Positions 49,384-64,000 of a DNA stretch of 64,000 nt are shown here, one piece after another (the first letter of the stretch is position 1; the number at the start of each line of letters is the position of its first letter). A program made the translations under genes and the position numbers. The notes under the pieces are model-generated. The model made no database searches, was not told the DNA's origin, and was given only the letters and a program-made list of their open reading frames with translations. This DNA is from Chrysomallon squamiferum. Taxonomy: Eukaryota > Animalia > Mollusca. Location of the stretch: contig CM022669.1 of assembly GCA_012295275.1 (NCBI GenBank), positions 9,486,001 to 9,550,000 of the forward strand, read 5' to 3'.

Positions 49384-50010
49384 CAGTGGTAGTAGTAGCA
49401 GCAGAAATAGAAGTGGTAGTAAAATAAACTTTTCCTTTTTTTGTTATCTCAAACTCGTTCCATACAAACATAAATACAAATATAAAATGCAACACACGAT
49501 CTCACAGACACACGATCTCACAGACACACGATCTCTCAGACACACAGACAAATACACTCATATACACTACTTTCACCGTGATCCGTACCCAGAGCTACAA
49601 AGAGGTATGGAGAGACAGAGACAGAAATAAAATGTGCTGAAGAGGAACACACACAAAGAGAGAGAGAGAGAGAGTCTGTCTCGACCGTCTATCTGTCTGT
49701 CTGTCTGTTTATCTTTATGTGTCGATCTACTTTTGTGACATGTCAATGAAGTACATGCATGCCTGTACTAAAACTGTATTAAAATAAAACAAAAAATATA
49801 TATATATAAAAAGTTAATAAATAATAAATAAATAAATATGATAATAATAATAATAATAATAATTTTTTAAAAAACCCTCAGAAGAACATTTAAAGTAAAT
49901 TTGACTTTAAAGTGACATTTAGCGATATTTGAACTACATTGTAACATACATATTATACACATATAAGTGAATTATAGGTTATTAAACTACATCGGAATAA
50001 ACAGATTTTA

Positions 50011-50118
<108 letters not shown>

Positions 50119-50860
50119 AAAACCTCATTACTTGTAAACAGTGTCCTGATATTAAAGAAATAATAAAAAAAAATTTATTAAAAAAATCACATTAGAACAC
50201 ACAACTTCTACTGTGACATTATTACAGGGGCGATCAAGAATGTCTTTACTCGCAGTCAACGACAACATAAAATAATAAACACATACTTACTGACTGGACG
50301 GACAGTTGCAGTGTATGCTGATATTTGCTGAATGCGAAGAACTTGGCAACGTCGTTGGACTGTGTAACAGCAGTGAGAAGACGCGAACACGTGAGTGACG
50401 TTGTTGATTAACATACCTGTTCTTATATTTATTATTTCGCTTTGTAATAACGTGTGGCAAAACAACATGTATACATGTGCATATTTACACGTGCACGCAC
50501 GCATGAATCCATATGCACAAACACGTACATGCAGTCTTTCTCACACAAACACACACACACATATTTATGTATATGTAACGTATGTATCTATGTACGTATG
50601 TGTGTGTATGTATGTGTGCACACAGCTGCATTCATATTTGTATGCATGCAAACACCCACAAACAGTATATATATATATATATATATATATATGAAGTTAT
50701 ATGTGTGTATTTATGTGTATGTAAACTGTGAACGTGTGTGTACAAATATATATAAGAATATTCATCCAGGCACACACACACACACATATGTCCATAAACG
50801 CAAGAGTACATCCGTACGTCTATACATTCTTATGTTAAACAGAATCGCAATCACGCAATA

Positions 50861-50893
<33 letters not shown>

Positions 50894-51524
50894 AGAACCA
50901 CTTAGAGAACTAAAAGGGGTTTATGAACGTATTTTAGCTTTTAAAAAAGTTTGAGACTTTTCAGCTGACCTGTCTAGATTTGCTTAACCTGTTCTAATTT
51001 TCGGAGTTTGTCGAGTTTCAGATGGGTCACTGACCAATTAATAGTTTCATTTCATCTAATCAATCGATGACGTAGTTTGCTGATTTACGTCACCTTTCAC
51101 TTCGGTTTCTTAGAAAAAAACATTTTATTAGCAACCCTAAACGACGACTCAGTAATATTTGTGTGAGATTTATAACCAGCAGTGAATCATACACGCATAA
51201 ACTTTTTCTTTCCTTCTCAACTAAAGATACAGTTTTCTTAGCCTTTTGTTGGGATCTGATTAAATAGTCACTTTGAAAGTAATATATTAAATTTCGAGAA
51301 AAAAAAAAACAAAACATTAAAGATAATGGCAAAACTGATAATTGCAGCAGTAACACTAGTAGTTTCGTCAGTAATGAAATAAATAAATACAGAAATAATA
51401 AATACATTTCAGAAAACAAATAATATAAGAGGAAGCCAGTCGTAATTATCAATATCACCGACAGCAACAACAACAGCCGCAGCAGCAACAGCAAGTACAA
51501 CAACATCAAAAAACACCAACATCA

Positions 51525-51590
51525 ACAACAACAACAACAACAATAATAATAATAATAATAATAATGATGATGATGATGATGATGATGGTG

Positions 51591-51621
<31 letters not shown>

Positions 51622-51800
51622 TAATAATAATGATAATGATGATGATGATGATAATAATAATGATGATGATGATGATGATGATAATAATAATAATGATAAT
51701 AATAATGATGATGATAATAATAATAATAATATTAATAATAATAATAATGATAATAATAATGATAATAATGATGATGATGATAATAATAACAATAATAATA
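51525..51800. repeat. Compound (AAC)/(AAT)/(ATG) trinucleotide microsatellite
   Basis: Directly visible. Confidence 0.95.
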
Positions 51801-52320
51801 ACAAAATACAAAAAAAATAAAATAAAATAAAATAAAAATAAGTAAAGAAGAAAGAAGGAGGTATGGATATCATTAACGTGACAGACAGGAAAACAGACGC
51901 AGTTGTAAATCAGACACACACACACTCACACGAAGCGAATCACAAAAACTGATTAGTAGACGGGACGTTGTTATAGAATATTACTTACAACATTTACCTC
52001 TCAGCTCGATGATTAAAATCACTTTCGTCGAAGCTAAATACCACAGACCAACCTTTCCTTTTCACCAGCAGTTCTGATCAATGTTAAAAACGATTTGTTT
52101 AAATAATCTTGAATCTCTCCACGCTCGAACCAAATTATTTGTTTTGTGTCTGCCTCGGCGTAACGCAATCAAACGTTACCGCGGTTGATTGATGAAGTGT
52201 AACGTTCTTATAGAAACTTTAGTTTGACTTTTGTGTTTAGATTTTGAATAATATTATTCTCCGATGTGAGGTAGTATATCATGTTAGTTTTTTTGTCTGT
52301 GATTCCTCTCTCTGTCTCTG

Positions 52321-52441
<121 letters not shown>

Positions 52442-53562
52442 GTCTGTCTGTCTGTCTGTCTCGTGTGTTTCTGTTATGCACATTCTGTTTCTGCCTCTTT
52501 CCATCCTTCTTTGTGTGTGTTTTGTTTATTATAAAAGTATTTCCATATAATTTATTAATAATATTTCTATTTTGTCTATATAATTAATTAATAGTATTAA
52601 TATGTATAGGAATATTTTAATTATTATTTATTTGGAGGTCTTTTTTTTTACTTATTAGGTAATTTCTGATTAAAATACAATACATTGTGTATGCTCCGTA
52701 TGCTTTTCAGTGGTGTCATATCTACGCGTGATTTCACATCTATTTCTGTAATTTCATATCTATGTATTTTCTAAATGGCTTTAAAAAGAAAATTACCCAA
52801 ATCACAAGAAACAATAAATAAAAGTGACACTGACAGATATTACGGTTTCTGGCGAATTTTTTTATTAACAAGTTTTAGATATTGACTAGCAAGAGCACAC
52901 TTAGGCAGCGATTAAGAAAAATAAGCGAGGTGCTAGTTACGTAAATTAAGTTTTTTTCACGGACGAAAACGATCATTTCCGATTAAAAACGTCACTTCTA
53001 ATTTTGTACTTTTGATGTTTATTTCTCTTATGTGTAAATGTATCTGTGGTACGTTCGTGTATATGTATGTGCTTGTGTGTGTATGTGTATTGTCTTTCTT
53101 TTTCCTTCTTGCTTAAAGAGTATTATTACTGTTATTTATTTATTTCATTTTACTTTATTTTACTTCCGTAGAAAATTTTGAACTATGTCCCAATTTACAG
53201 CGTTTCTGTACAATAGTTGCAGCAGCAGTAGTAGTAATTATAGTAATAGTAATAATAATAGTAGTAATAGTAGTTGTATCAATACTAGTAGTAACAGCAG
53301 GAGAAACAGTAAATTATTATACCAAAGACGAAGTCGATGATAAATAAATGATGCTGACGATGATGATAATTATAGAAAATAAATTAATTACCAAATAACT
53401 ACATAAATAAAAAACAGAGTGAATGAAGACGTAGGTATGTGAAAATAGACACATACATACATACATACACATATACATACATTCAAGCGCATACATACAC
53501 AGATACATACAAACGCATTCATATATACATACATACATACATACAAATAACTAAGCAAAGAA

Positions 53563-53619
<57 letters not shown>

Positions 53620-54639
53620 ATAGCTGTAAAAATTAAACATAAAAGTAGTATAATATATAACAAAAAAAAAAAAAAAAAAAGAAAGAAAGAAAACAGAAAA
53701 AAAAAAGTATTAGACGTAAACAAGTAAAATTAAAGCTGTCTGATAGAGATTTTATTGGTCAACATTTACGGATATTTGCGTTGATCCAAACTCTTTCAAT
53801 TTTACGATTCGTTAATTATCTCTATGACGCAACAGTTTGCTAAACACGTGAAACAGAACTAAGTAAACATATTTCTAAAGAACTACTTAATTACGGAAGC
53901 CATTATGTCATTTATTTTTCTGCTCTGCTGCTCCGGCAAATTCGCCATTAATCAGTTCGCATATTCCAAATCGTCTTCTCTGATAAGCAAATAGGTTAGT
54001 AAGTATGTACGTATTAACTTCCGTGATTGACAACTGAAGAAAAACTAAAAATAAATTTAATTTCTGTGGATTTTTTTTTCTTCAAATAATTTGTATTTGT
54101 ACATCAGTCCGTCAGTGTTATTGTGTCTGTGTGTGGATCAGTCTTTCAGTGCATCTACCCGTCTGTGTGTGTGTGTTTGTTTGTGTTTCTATGTATTGTC
54201 ACTGTGTAAGCATGTGTGTGTATGAGTATGTATGTATGTATGTATGTGTATGAGTATGTATGTATGTATGTATGAGTGTGTGTATGATGAGTGTATGTAT
54301 GTTTGTATGTGTGTGTATGTTTTGTGTATATGTATGCATATATGTATGTATGTATGTGTGTATTTATGTATGTATATGTATGTATATATGTATATGTATG
54401 TGTGTATGTATGTACGTGTATGTACGTGTATGTGTATGTATGTGTGTATATGAGTGTATGTATTTAAATGTGTGTATATGTATGTATGTGTGTGTATGAG
54501 TGTATGCATCTATGTATATGAGTGTTTGTTCGTGTGTATGTACATATGCATGTGTATATGTGTATGTTTGTGTGAGTGTGTGTGTTATGTTATATGTCTG
54601 CTACTGCCTTTCTATCAAAATATATTTCTGGCTTCGACT

Positions 54640-54704
<65 letters not shown>

Positions 54705-56672
54705 TTTTTTTTTTATATATATATATATATATATATTTTTTTGTATATGTGTCTGAGAATAAGTGTCTGTTTTGTAAGAAGCCTGCGTGGGAGGATATAT
54801 TTCTGTCTCGGGTTTGTTATTAAAGGAACAACAGACGTGGCACTAAACACCGTAACAGGAAATGTCGTTAGAGGTGTACTCAGTTTCTGCAATTTCCTCC
54901 CTTCGTGCAGAGAACCCACGACGAGCAGTCCACTTCGGATAGGATTAAGAGTATTAAACTCAAAGCTTAATTTAACATTTCAGGTAGTGCTCATGGTCTC
55001 TGAGGACAAAATTACGACGAAATAATTCTTAGTTCCAGCAGAGAAGATGTCTGGCAAGGAAGAAAAATAAATTTTCACCAGAGAATTCGTTTAAAACTTA
55101 ATTTTCACCTAAATTAAATCAGTAATCCTTTTCTCCACTTCCGTAAATTTTTTTATCTTTTCTTCCTTTCCAGACAGTACTCAGCGACAGTGTCGTCGTA
55201 TGTGAATGTTTATGTGTAAATCCTTTCACTGTTAAACAGTAAAATTTGTGTCTCTGTTTCGGCGGCTCGATGTGTCTCTTTCATGTCTTCACGAAAAACA
55301 AATCACAATGATTAGAGATAACAGCAACAATAAACATTTTATGTGTAATTTAATGTTATATTTTCGTTGCTCCAGGTATCTGCTGCTGTGACCGACCATA
55401 CTGGTGCATCTACTGTTCAGAAAACATCTTGAATTTATCAGTAACACAATGTCTTGTAAGTGTCACTGTACATTTTCTTTCTTCTTCTTCATCTTTTTTC
55501 TTGTTCTCATCATCGTCATCATCATCATAACTAGCATCATCATCATCATCATAACTAGCATCAGTAATTGTATTTTTATTATTGTTCTGAATCATCATCA
55601 TCATTATCGTCGTCATCATTTCCACTCTTACTGTTAGTGTCTGTTTCTGTTTGGCTTTTTTTTTTTTTTTTTTTTTTTTTTCATTTTTTTTTGTACGGGT
55701 TGTCTTTTGTTTTTATTTTAAACAATTAAAATTCAATCTATAAAATACTTTATTAACTTTTTTTTTTGGGGAATTGTTTTTTTTTTTAATAAAAATATAA
55801 CGTGAAACTACTTTTACAATTTATACATGTAATGAATTTATGAATTTATTCCGGTTCAGTTTCTTTTTCATTTGTTTTCTCTTTCTTTCACTCTCTCATT
55901 CTTTCTTTCTTTCTTTCTTTTTCTTCAGACGCGCGCTTCAAACAAATGTAGACATACGCACAGAAGACACACAAACAAACGCGCGTGCGCGCACACACCC
56001 ACCCACCCAAAAAAAAAAAAAAAACACAAAAAAAAACCACGATCACTTCTTTTCATCCTCTCTCATAAAACCTCTCCGCTCGTTAAAACTGCACACCGTA
56101 CATCAATCTTCCTCACCGTCAACTTGGCAAACCAGACTGCACAAAGCTAACAAGAAAAAATTACAACAACGCAGGCACCGCCAACATTTTCCATCCACGG
56201 CGCTCTTTTCTTTTCGCTTTTAATTTAGCCTGGAAACACTTTCAACCAACCTGGAGCTGAGTAAACAGAGGAAGCGCAGACGAAATTAAGCGAAACTTTG
56301 CGTATTGCTTCCAATTCCGAGACGTAACATATTAACTTCTATTTCTTTTCTGAGCAAGTACAAACAGCCCGGTGCTCGGAGAAGAAATGTGCGGATTCAG
56401 TCGCTCGGGTTGAAAGAGTTTGTTCATCTCAGGGTGTGCAGTAATGACGCATCAGCTCGTACAGACACGTGGGTTATAAATGATGTCAGAATTGTGGCGT
56501 CACGGGTCTGATTAAAACGAGTCAGCGGGATGGAGCAGGAGGAGGAGGGTGGCGGGGGTTGGAGAGGGATGAATTCGGTGTTAACATGTGTTGCAGTTTC
56601 GTTTGTTAGGTTACAATTTTTTTTTTTTTTTTTTTTTAAATGTGTTTCTTTGTTCTTATGTCAACAGCAATG

Positions 56673-56685
<13 letters not shown>

Positions 56686-56705
<20 letters not shown>

Positions 56706-56734
56706 TAAATAAAAAAAAAAAAAAAAAAAAAATA

Positions 56735-56771
<37 letters not shown>

Positions 56772-56772
56772 A

Positions 56773-56824
<52 letters not shown>

Positions 56825-56910
56825 AAAGAAATAAAAAAAAAAAAAAAAAAATAAAGAAATAAAATAAAGTTTTTTTTATATTTTTTTTTTTAAAAAAAAA
56901 AAAAGAAAAA
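56686..56910. repeat. Interrupted poly-A / poly-T tract
   Basis: About 180 nt of nearly pure A, then T-run and A-run. Confidence 0.93.
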
Positions 56911-59252
56911 GTATAGAAACAAAACAACAAATAATATTATCACTATTACTTAACTATTATTATTATTATTATTATTATTATTACTGTTATTATTATTACT
57001 ATTATTATCATTATTATTATTACTATTATTATTATTATTATTACTATTATTACGAAATTATTATTATTATTGTTGTTGTTGTTGTTATTGCTGCTGTTAC
57101 TGCTATTACTCTGTCTACCTATAATAAAGTATTAATGATTGTACTGTGCCTTTAAGGCAAATAGAAATAATTAATAAGAGGAAAAAAACAGATAAGAAAG
57201 AATTAATGAACAATGCCACAGGAAAGAAAAGTGAAGAACGAATACGAAAGAGAGAAAGAAAAACTGAGTAAGTTCTCGTTTATTTCATTGTAAACTGTCT
57301 CAAGGATGAAACAAACTGTTATTAATGTGATCGTATTTACAGACAAACAGACACATTGGTAATTGATGTAAACCAGATCGACTGATGAATTACTTCAGTA
57401 TCTGAATTTCTACGTTTGGTGTGTGTATGTGTGTGTATCTGTGTGTATGTATGTGTGTGTGTCTTTCTGTGTGCGTGGTGTGTCTGTATGTATGAATGTT
57501 TCTTTGTATGGATGTATGTTTATGTACGCATGCATGAATGAATGTGTGTATGTATTTATATATGTATGGATGCATATATGTATGAATGTATGTATGTATG
57601 TATATATATGTATGTATGTGTGTTCTATATATATGTATGCGTGTGTGTTGTGTGTATGGGTGTAACTGTGAATGTAGATGAGTCAATATATACATATATC
57701 TATCTATTTTTGTGTGTGTGTGTGTGTGTGTGTTTCTGTTTGGCGTTTGTAGTTCTGTATGTTATTAACATAAACAACAAATACAAAAAAAATATAAAAA
57801 AAAAAAAAAAAAAAAAGAGTAAAAGATTTAAATTAAAATAAGAAGGAGAAGAAAAGTAGCGACAGAGAGAACGATGAACTGTGACACGTCGTTAACGTAA
57901 TGATGTTGTCTGTGTTGTTTACACCACAGGTCGGATGAGGTTATCAAGAGATTTTAGTCACAAATACAAAATATCATTGTTTTGAGGAAAGACGTGTGCG
58001 GAGCTTATCGCTTTCTGAAATAAAAACACATTTTTCAGTGCCAGTAACTGATGTTTGCATCGTTCTTTACCAAAACTAACAACCAAAACATCAACAAAAC
58101 AAAAAAATTAAAAAATAAATAAAAAGATAAAAAATAAAATTATAATGGGATTACAGTTGGCTACCAATTGCCAATATTTTAGTGGCGGTAACTCTATCTA
58201 TTTATTTATTTATTTATTTTATTTTTAGCGTTCATCATTTTTTCTTTAAACTTATCTCTTTTTTTTTCTTCTAAATTCTGCTGAACAAAACTATTCTCCA
58301 GAACTATAATATACAGAAAGAAAACAAATTATCGTTGTTATAAATACAAAATTTTAAATAGATTTATACTTACTTTCGTGTTCTTGACGTCATTTCTATT
58401 GACAAAGTCCATCAGAAAATACCGATGTTTTGTTTATGTTGCAGCTAGCAAAAAGTTGTTGTTGTTGTTGTTGCTTTTTTTGTTTGACTATTCGGTTCCT
58501 GAATCTCTTACATGGCAGCCAAAAACACACAGAAACTCACACATACACACACACAAACATAACACACACAAACATACACACACACAAACACACACACAAA
58601 ACACACACAAACACACGCATCATCGCTAACATAAAGACGGTAAAAAAAGAAAAGAAAAGAAAAGAATAAAGCAAGCAAGAAAGCAAGAAAGTAAATTTTC
58701 ATTCTATTTACTAAGATAAGCTCTCCAAACACGATCAGACTTTTCTTTTTTGTTTTCTTTTCCTTCTAATCATTATTTGTCTTCCTCGCATCAACGAGGA
58801 ACGGAAAACAGCGAATGTTTATTTTGCTTTAACTGCAATGTCTCCGATTGTTGTTAGCCCTCGCTATAGTTTAGATAACGGTACTAGATAGCTAGCACGT
58901 GCTAAAGTTGCGCAAGCCTGGTGCGACGCATTTTGTGAATGTTCGGGACGAAGAACCGTTAAGTAATATACAAAACAAACAAAACCGTTTTTATCTTAAT
59001 AAGTAATTCACACGGCGCAGTGTTAACTGGTTTCCCGGCTTGGGAGGCCACCTGCCCACTGTGCACGTTTGTTTTTCAGTTTAGAGAAGTCAGCGAACAT
59101 TTACGAAGTGACTGTAAGTGTTTTCACAGAAGGAAAGAAAGAAGAAGAGAAAGATGAAAGAAAAAAGAAAGAAAGAAAGAAAGAAAGAAGAAGGAAAAAA
59201 AAAAAAATGAAGCTATTTTTCTAAGAAATACAATAGTTGGTATATTCGTAAA

Positions 59253-59288
<36 letters not shown>

Positions 59289-59308
59289 AGAGATAGAGAG
59301 AGATAGAT

Positions 59309-59399
<91 letters not shown>

Positions 59400-59539
59400 A
59401 CACACACTATAACATACACTATGCACTAAAATATCCATTCACTCCAAAAACATATAGGACTAACACGCAGACACCGATTCGTGAATAGTAGTAATAGTAG
59501 AAGTAGTAGTAGTAGTACTAGTAGTAATAACAGTAATAA

Positions 59540-59607
<68 letters not shown>

Positions 59608-60067
59608 ACAACAACAACAAATAATAATACCAGCAATAATAACATTAATCAACTTATTTGTTTTACGTATTACTAAAAGTACGAATATGGTGGCTTTAAA
59701 TTTTCGATTAACTCAGTTTTCACGTAAAGTCGTGGATAACTCTAGCCGTCAGAACACACGTATTAGATTTTGACGTTTTATTTGTCTTTCTGTTGATAAA
59801 ATGTCCCGCGAGCTCGATCAGGTTTTCTCTCGTTCTCTCAGTCACAATTAATACGTTAGAAAGTATATTTCACAATGTTTGTGTTTGCCAGATGTTTTTG
59901 ATAAGAAAGAGAAAACGAAGTAGATGCTGAAAGAGAGAAAGTATTGAGGAAAAAGGAATCTCGGTTATCTTTTTCAGTTATAATTGTTAGTTTAGAAGAG
60001 TGGATAATTATTAAAACTAAAACGGATATGTTTTTCTTTAAACTCTGTCGTCTCATTGAAATTCCAG

Positions 60068-60156
<89 letters not shown>

Positions 60157-60834
60157 GATACGTGTGTGTGTATATATTTATTTATTTGTTTATATAGACA
60201 CGCATACATACATACATACATACATACATACACACATACATACATACATACATATATGATTTATAATACCCTGTCTATTTTTTACATGTATTGATGGGTG
60301 GCATATTTAAAAGTAATGTGATAAATACGGAACACACAGGTGTGTATGTGAATTCATTAAAAAACAAATAATTATAAATTTGGTAACTGTAGTGTATTTC
60401 TAAACACACGTTTCACGGATAAGTTATATTAGCTCCAACTAAGAGACACAAGAACAGCTTTACGAAATATATAGTTATATAATTATGTTTGTGTACATAT
60501 ATCAGCTAAGATAATACAGTTCAGCTAGTTCAATATATATATAAATAAAGATCTATAAACTTAAAAACGATAGAAAAAATCCAACCGAAAATCATCTTCA
60601 AAGTCGCGTGTATGCGTGTATTGATATTATTACAGAGAGATGTTATTCCTTTGGGTAAATCTGACAAAACAAGTGTGATGGTGTGCTTGATGTCTCAAAA
60701 TGTAATTCCACAAAAAAAAAAAAAATGTCTCCCAAATATTATCTTCAGTGATGTGAAATGTTGAGCTTACGTTTTGCTGGAAGAATGCGATGTACTGAAT
60801 TTTTTTGAGTATATGTTTATAATAGTTAGAACAG

Positions 60835-61221
<387 letters not shown>

Positions 61222-62005
61222 TGTGTTGCTATATCTTTATGTTTGTAAGTGTATATTTATGTGTATGTGTGTGTGTGTATTTGTATGTGTGTGTGTGTGT
61301 GAAAAGCATGCTGCCTTTGCAAAATAAATTTCCTCTGTGTGCGTTATTAGGATACAGGTGCACGTGCGTGTCAAAATCCCAGTTAGGATTCGCAGATGAC
61401 ATGAAAAAACATTTGGAACACTGAACTATGATTTTATCAGAATATTTTCTCTGCTAAGTGCACTTCCTATTTACATCATCATTACGCCGTATCGCTATTT
61501 GTGTTGTATTTTATTTTTGTATTTTTTATATTTTTTTTTGTCTGTGAAATTAGTATATGGCTACGACTGAGAGAGATTATTGTGCCAGAAAACATTTTCA
61601 AAAATGCATGTCTAAGATTCGTAACGAAGATGAGTGAAAGAAAACCTGTGTCTGTGCTATTTTTCCTTGTTTATACACAACGAACTAAAACACAGCTCAG
61701 AACTTGTTTTTTTACACACACACGTACACACACATACATACACATACACACACATTCACACACATATAAACACGTATGTACATGCACACACTTATTCACA
61801 TACAGACACACACAGACACACATACACACCCACACACCCACATATACATACATACACACATACACACCCACACATGCATATATATATATATATATAACAT
61901 ATACAGAGTGTGAAAAAGTGAAAGACAAACCAACAAAGCGAAAGATAGCGAGAGAGAGAAGAAGGAAAGAGACAGAGAAGAAAATTAAAATAAAGCTTTT
62001 TTTAC

Positions 62006-62044
<39 letters not shown>

Positions 62045-62442
62045 AAGATAGAGAGAAAGAGAGAGAGATGAGCACAAGGTTCACAAGTACTGTGTAATGA
62101 AGGAAACGATAGACATATGAATCTAATTCCCACATAATGATGCACACACATGCATGCCAAAGCATATCTAAGTAGGTTAAATGAAACACATGCATATTCT
62201 GTGTGGAAAAAAAAAAAAATGCAGTCAAGGATTCCATTAAGAAATGCATCAATCTGCAGGTAAAGTCAATTTGTTAACTAATTATCAGGTAATTATCTGC
62301 AGGTAACTATTAGTTAACTAATCTTCGGCGGAATTCAGAGCTCGTCTCTGCCAGGCTATGAAAATCTTTCCTAACAGCGATAAACTCTGCTCTGTTTTCT
62401 TTACGTTTTGTGAGGACAGTAGTCTATATGAGTGAGTGTTTC

Positions 62443-62481
<39 letters not shown>

Positions 62482-62799
62482 GCATGTACTCTGAAACAAA
62501 TACAGATACACACCCTCACACACATACATATATATTTATACATATATACACACATATATTTATACTGACATATTATATATAGATATACATACATGCACAC
62601 ACACACACACAATATATATGTATACAAATTCCTCTAACTAATGAGCAGACAGACAGAAAATCAAATGAGAAGACAAAAATAAGAAAGATTATTAGTATTA
62701 TTTTTTTTTTCATCTTCTTCGAGATAACCGTCTTAATCAGCTCACGAAGCCAGAACGCTGTGAAATTACGTGAAAAATTAATCTGTTCCGTGTACTACT

Positions 62800-63530
<731 letters not shown>

Positions 63531-63881
63531 CTCTTCAGTTTACACAGACAGAGAGAGACGAAAAGACGAAGAAGCAATTCTGAGTGGTTGTCGTTGTCAG
63601 AGCGATTATGACATCCATTGTACTTGCCAAGATTTCAAACTGTCCTTGTTACTGTGTGCACTTTTAGAGCAGCCAGGCAGTAAATGCGGGTGAAAGGTTA
63701 AGTTACGTGGCTGTGTGGGTGTGAGTGTCTGGGTTCTGGAATCAGTGTTTCTTGTGCTTGTACTTTACTCAAACCGATCAAATGGAAAATATGATAGACG
63801 ATATTGAATTTATAAAATGTGTGCGTAAATGAACGAATAAAAGGATGTGTGTATGTGTGCCTGTGTGTGTATGTATGTATG

Positions 63882-64000
<119 letters not shown>

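Noticed and set aside
56686-56910. Long poly-A as the tail of a retrocopy or LINE
   Set aside because: No upstream ORF or target-site duplication visible; similar A-runs are ubiquitous here and may be assembly noise

Overview
Eukaryotic (animal) genomic DNA, very AT-rich and saturated with microsatellites. It is probably a mollusc or other lophotrochozoan (inference from gene family and repeat content). Almost all entries in the ORF track are artefacts of simple repeats. The real content has to be read through splice sites. (1) A + strand gene with 7 coding exons (2482-36002, about 297 aa) encodes a signal peptide, two Ig domains and a GPI-type C-terminal signal. It is a Dpr/ZIG-8-like cell-surface recognition protein with a 26-kb first intron and two in-frame microexons (24 and 21 nt). 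(2) Nested in that intron on the same strand is a small secreted Kazal-type protease inhibitor gene (6998-7193). The ORF track misses it because of a +1 frameshift. (3) A 44-bp minisatellite carries 15 perfect TACTAAC branch-point motifs, and its last copy supplies the likely real branch point of coding exon 2. Also present are a 30-bp minisatellite, SINE-like remnants, a block-conserved local duplication and several promoter/enhancer-like motif islands. No recognisable protein-coding gene was found from about 37 kb to 64 kb.
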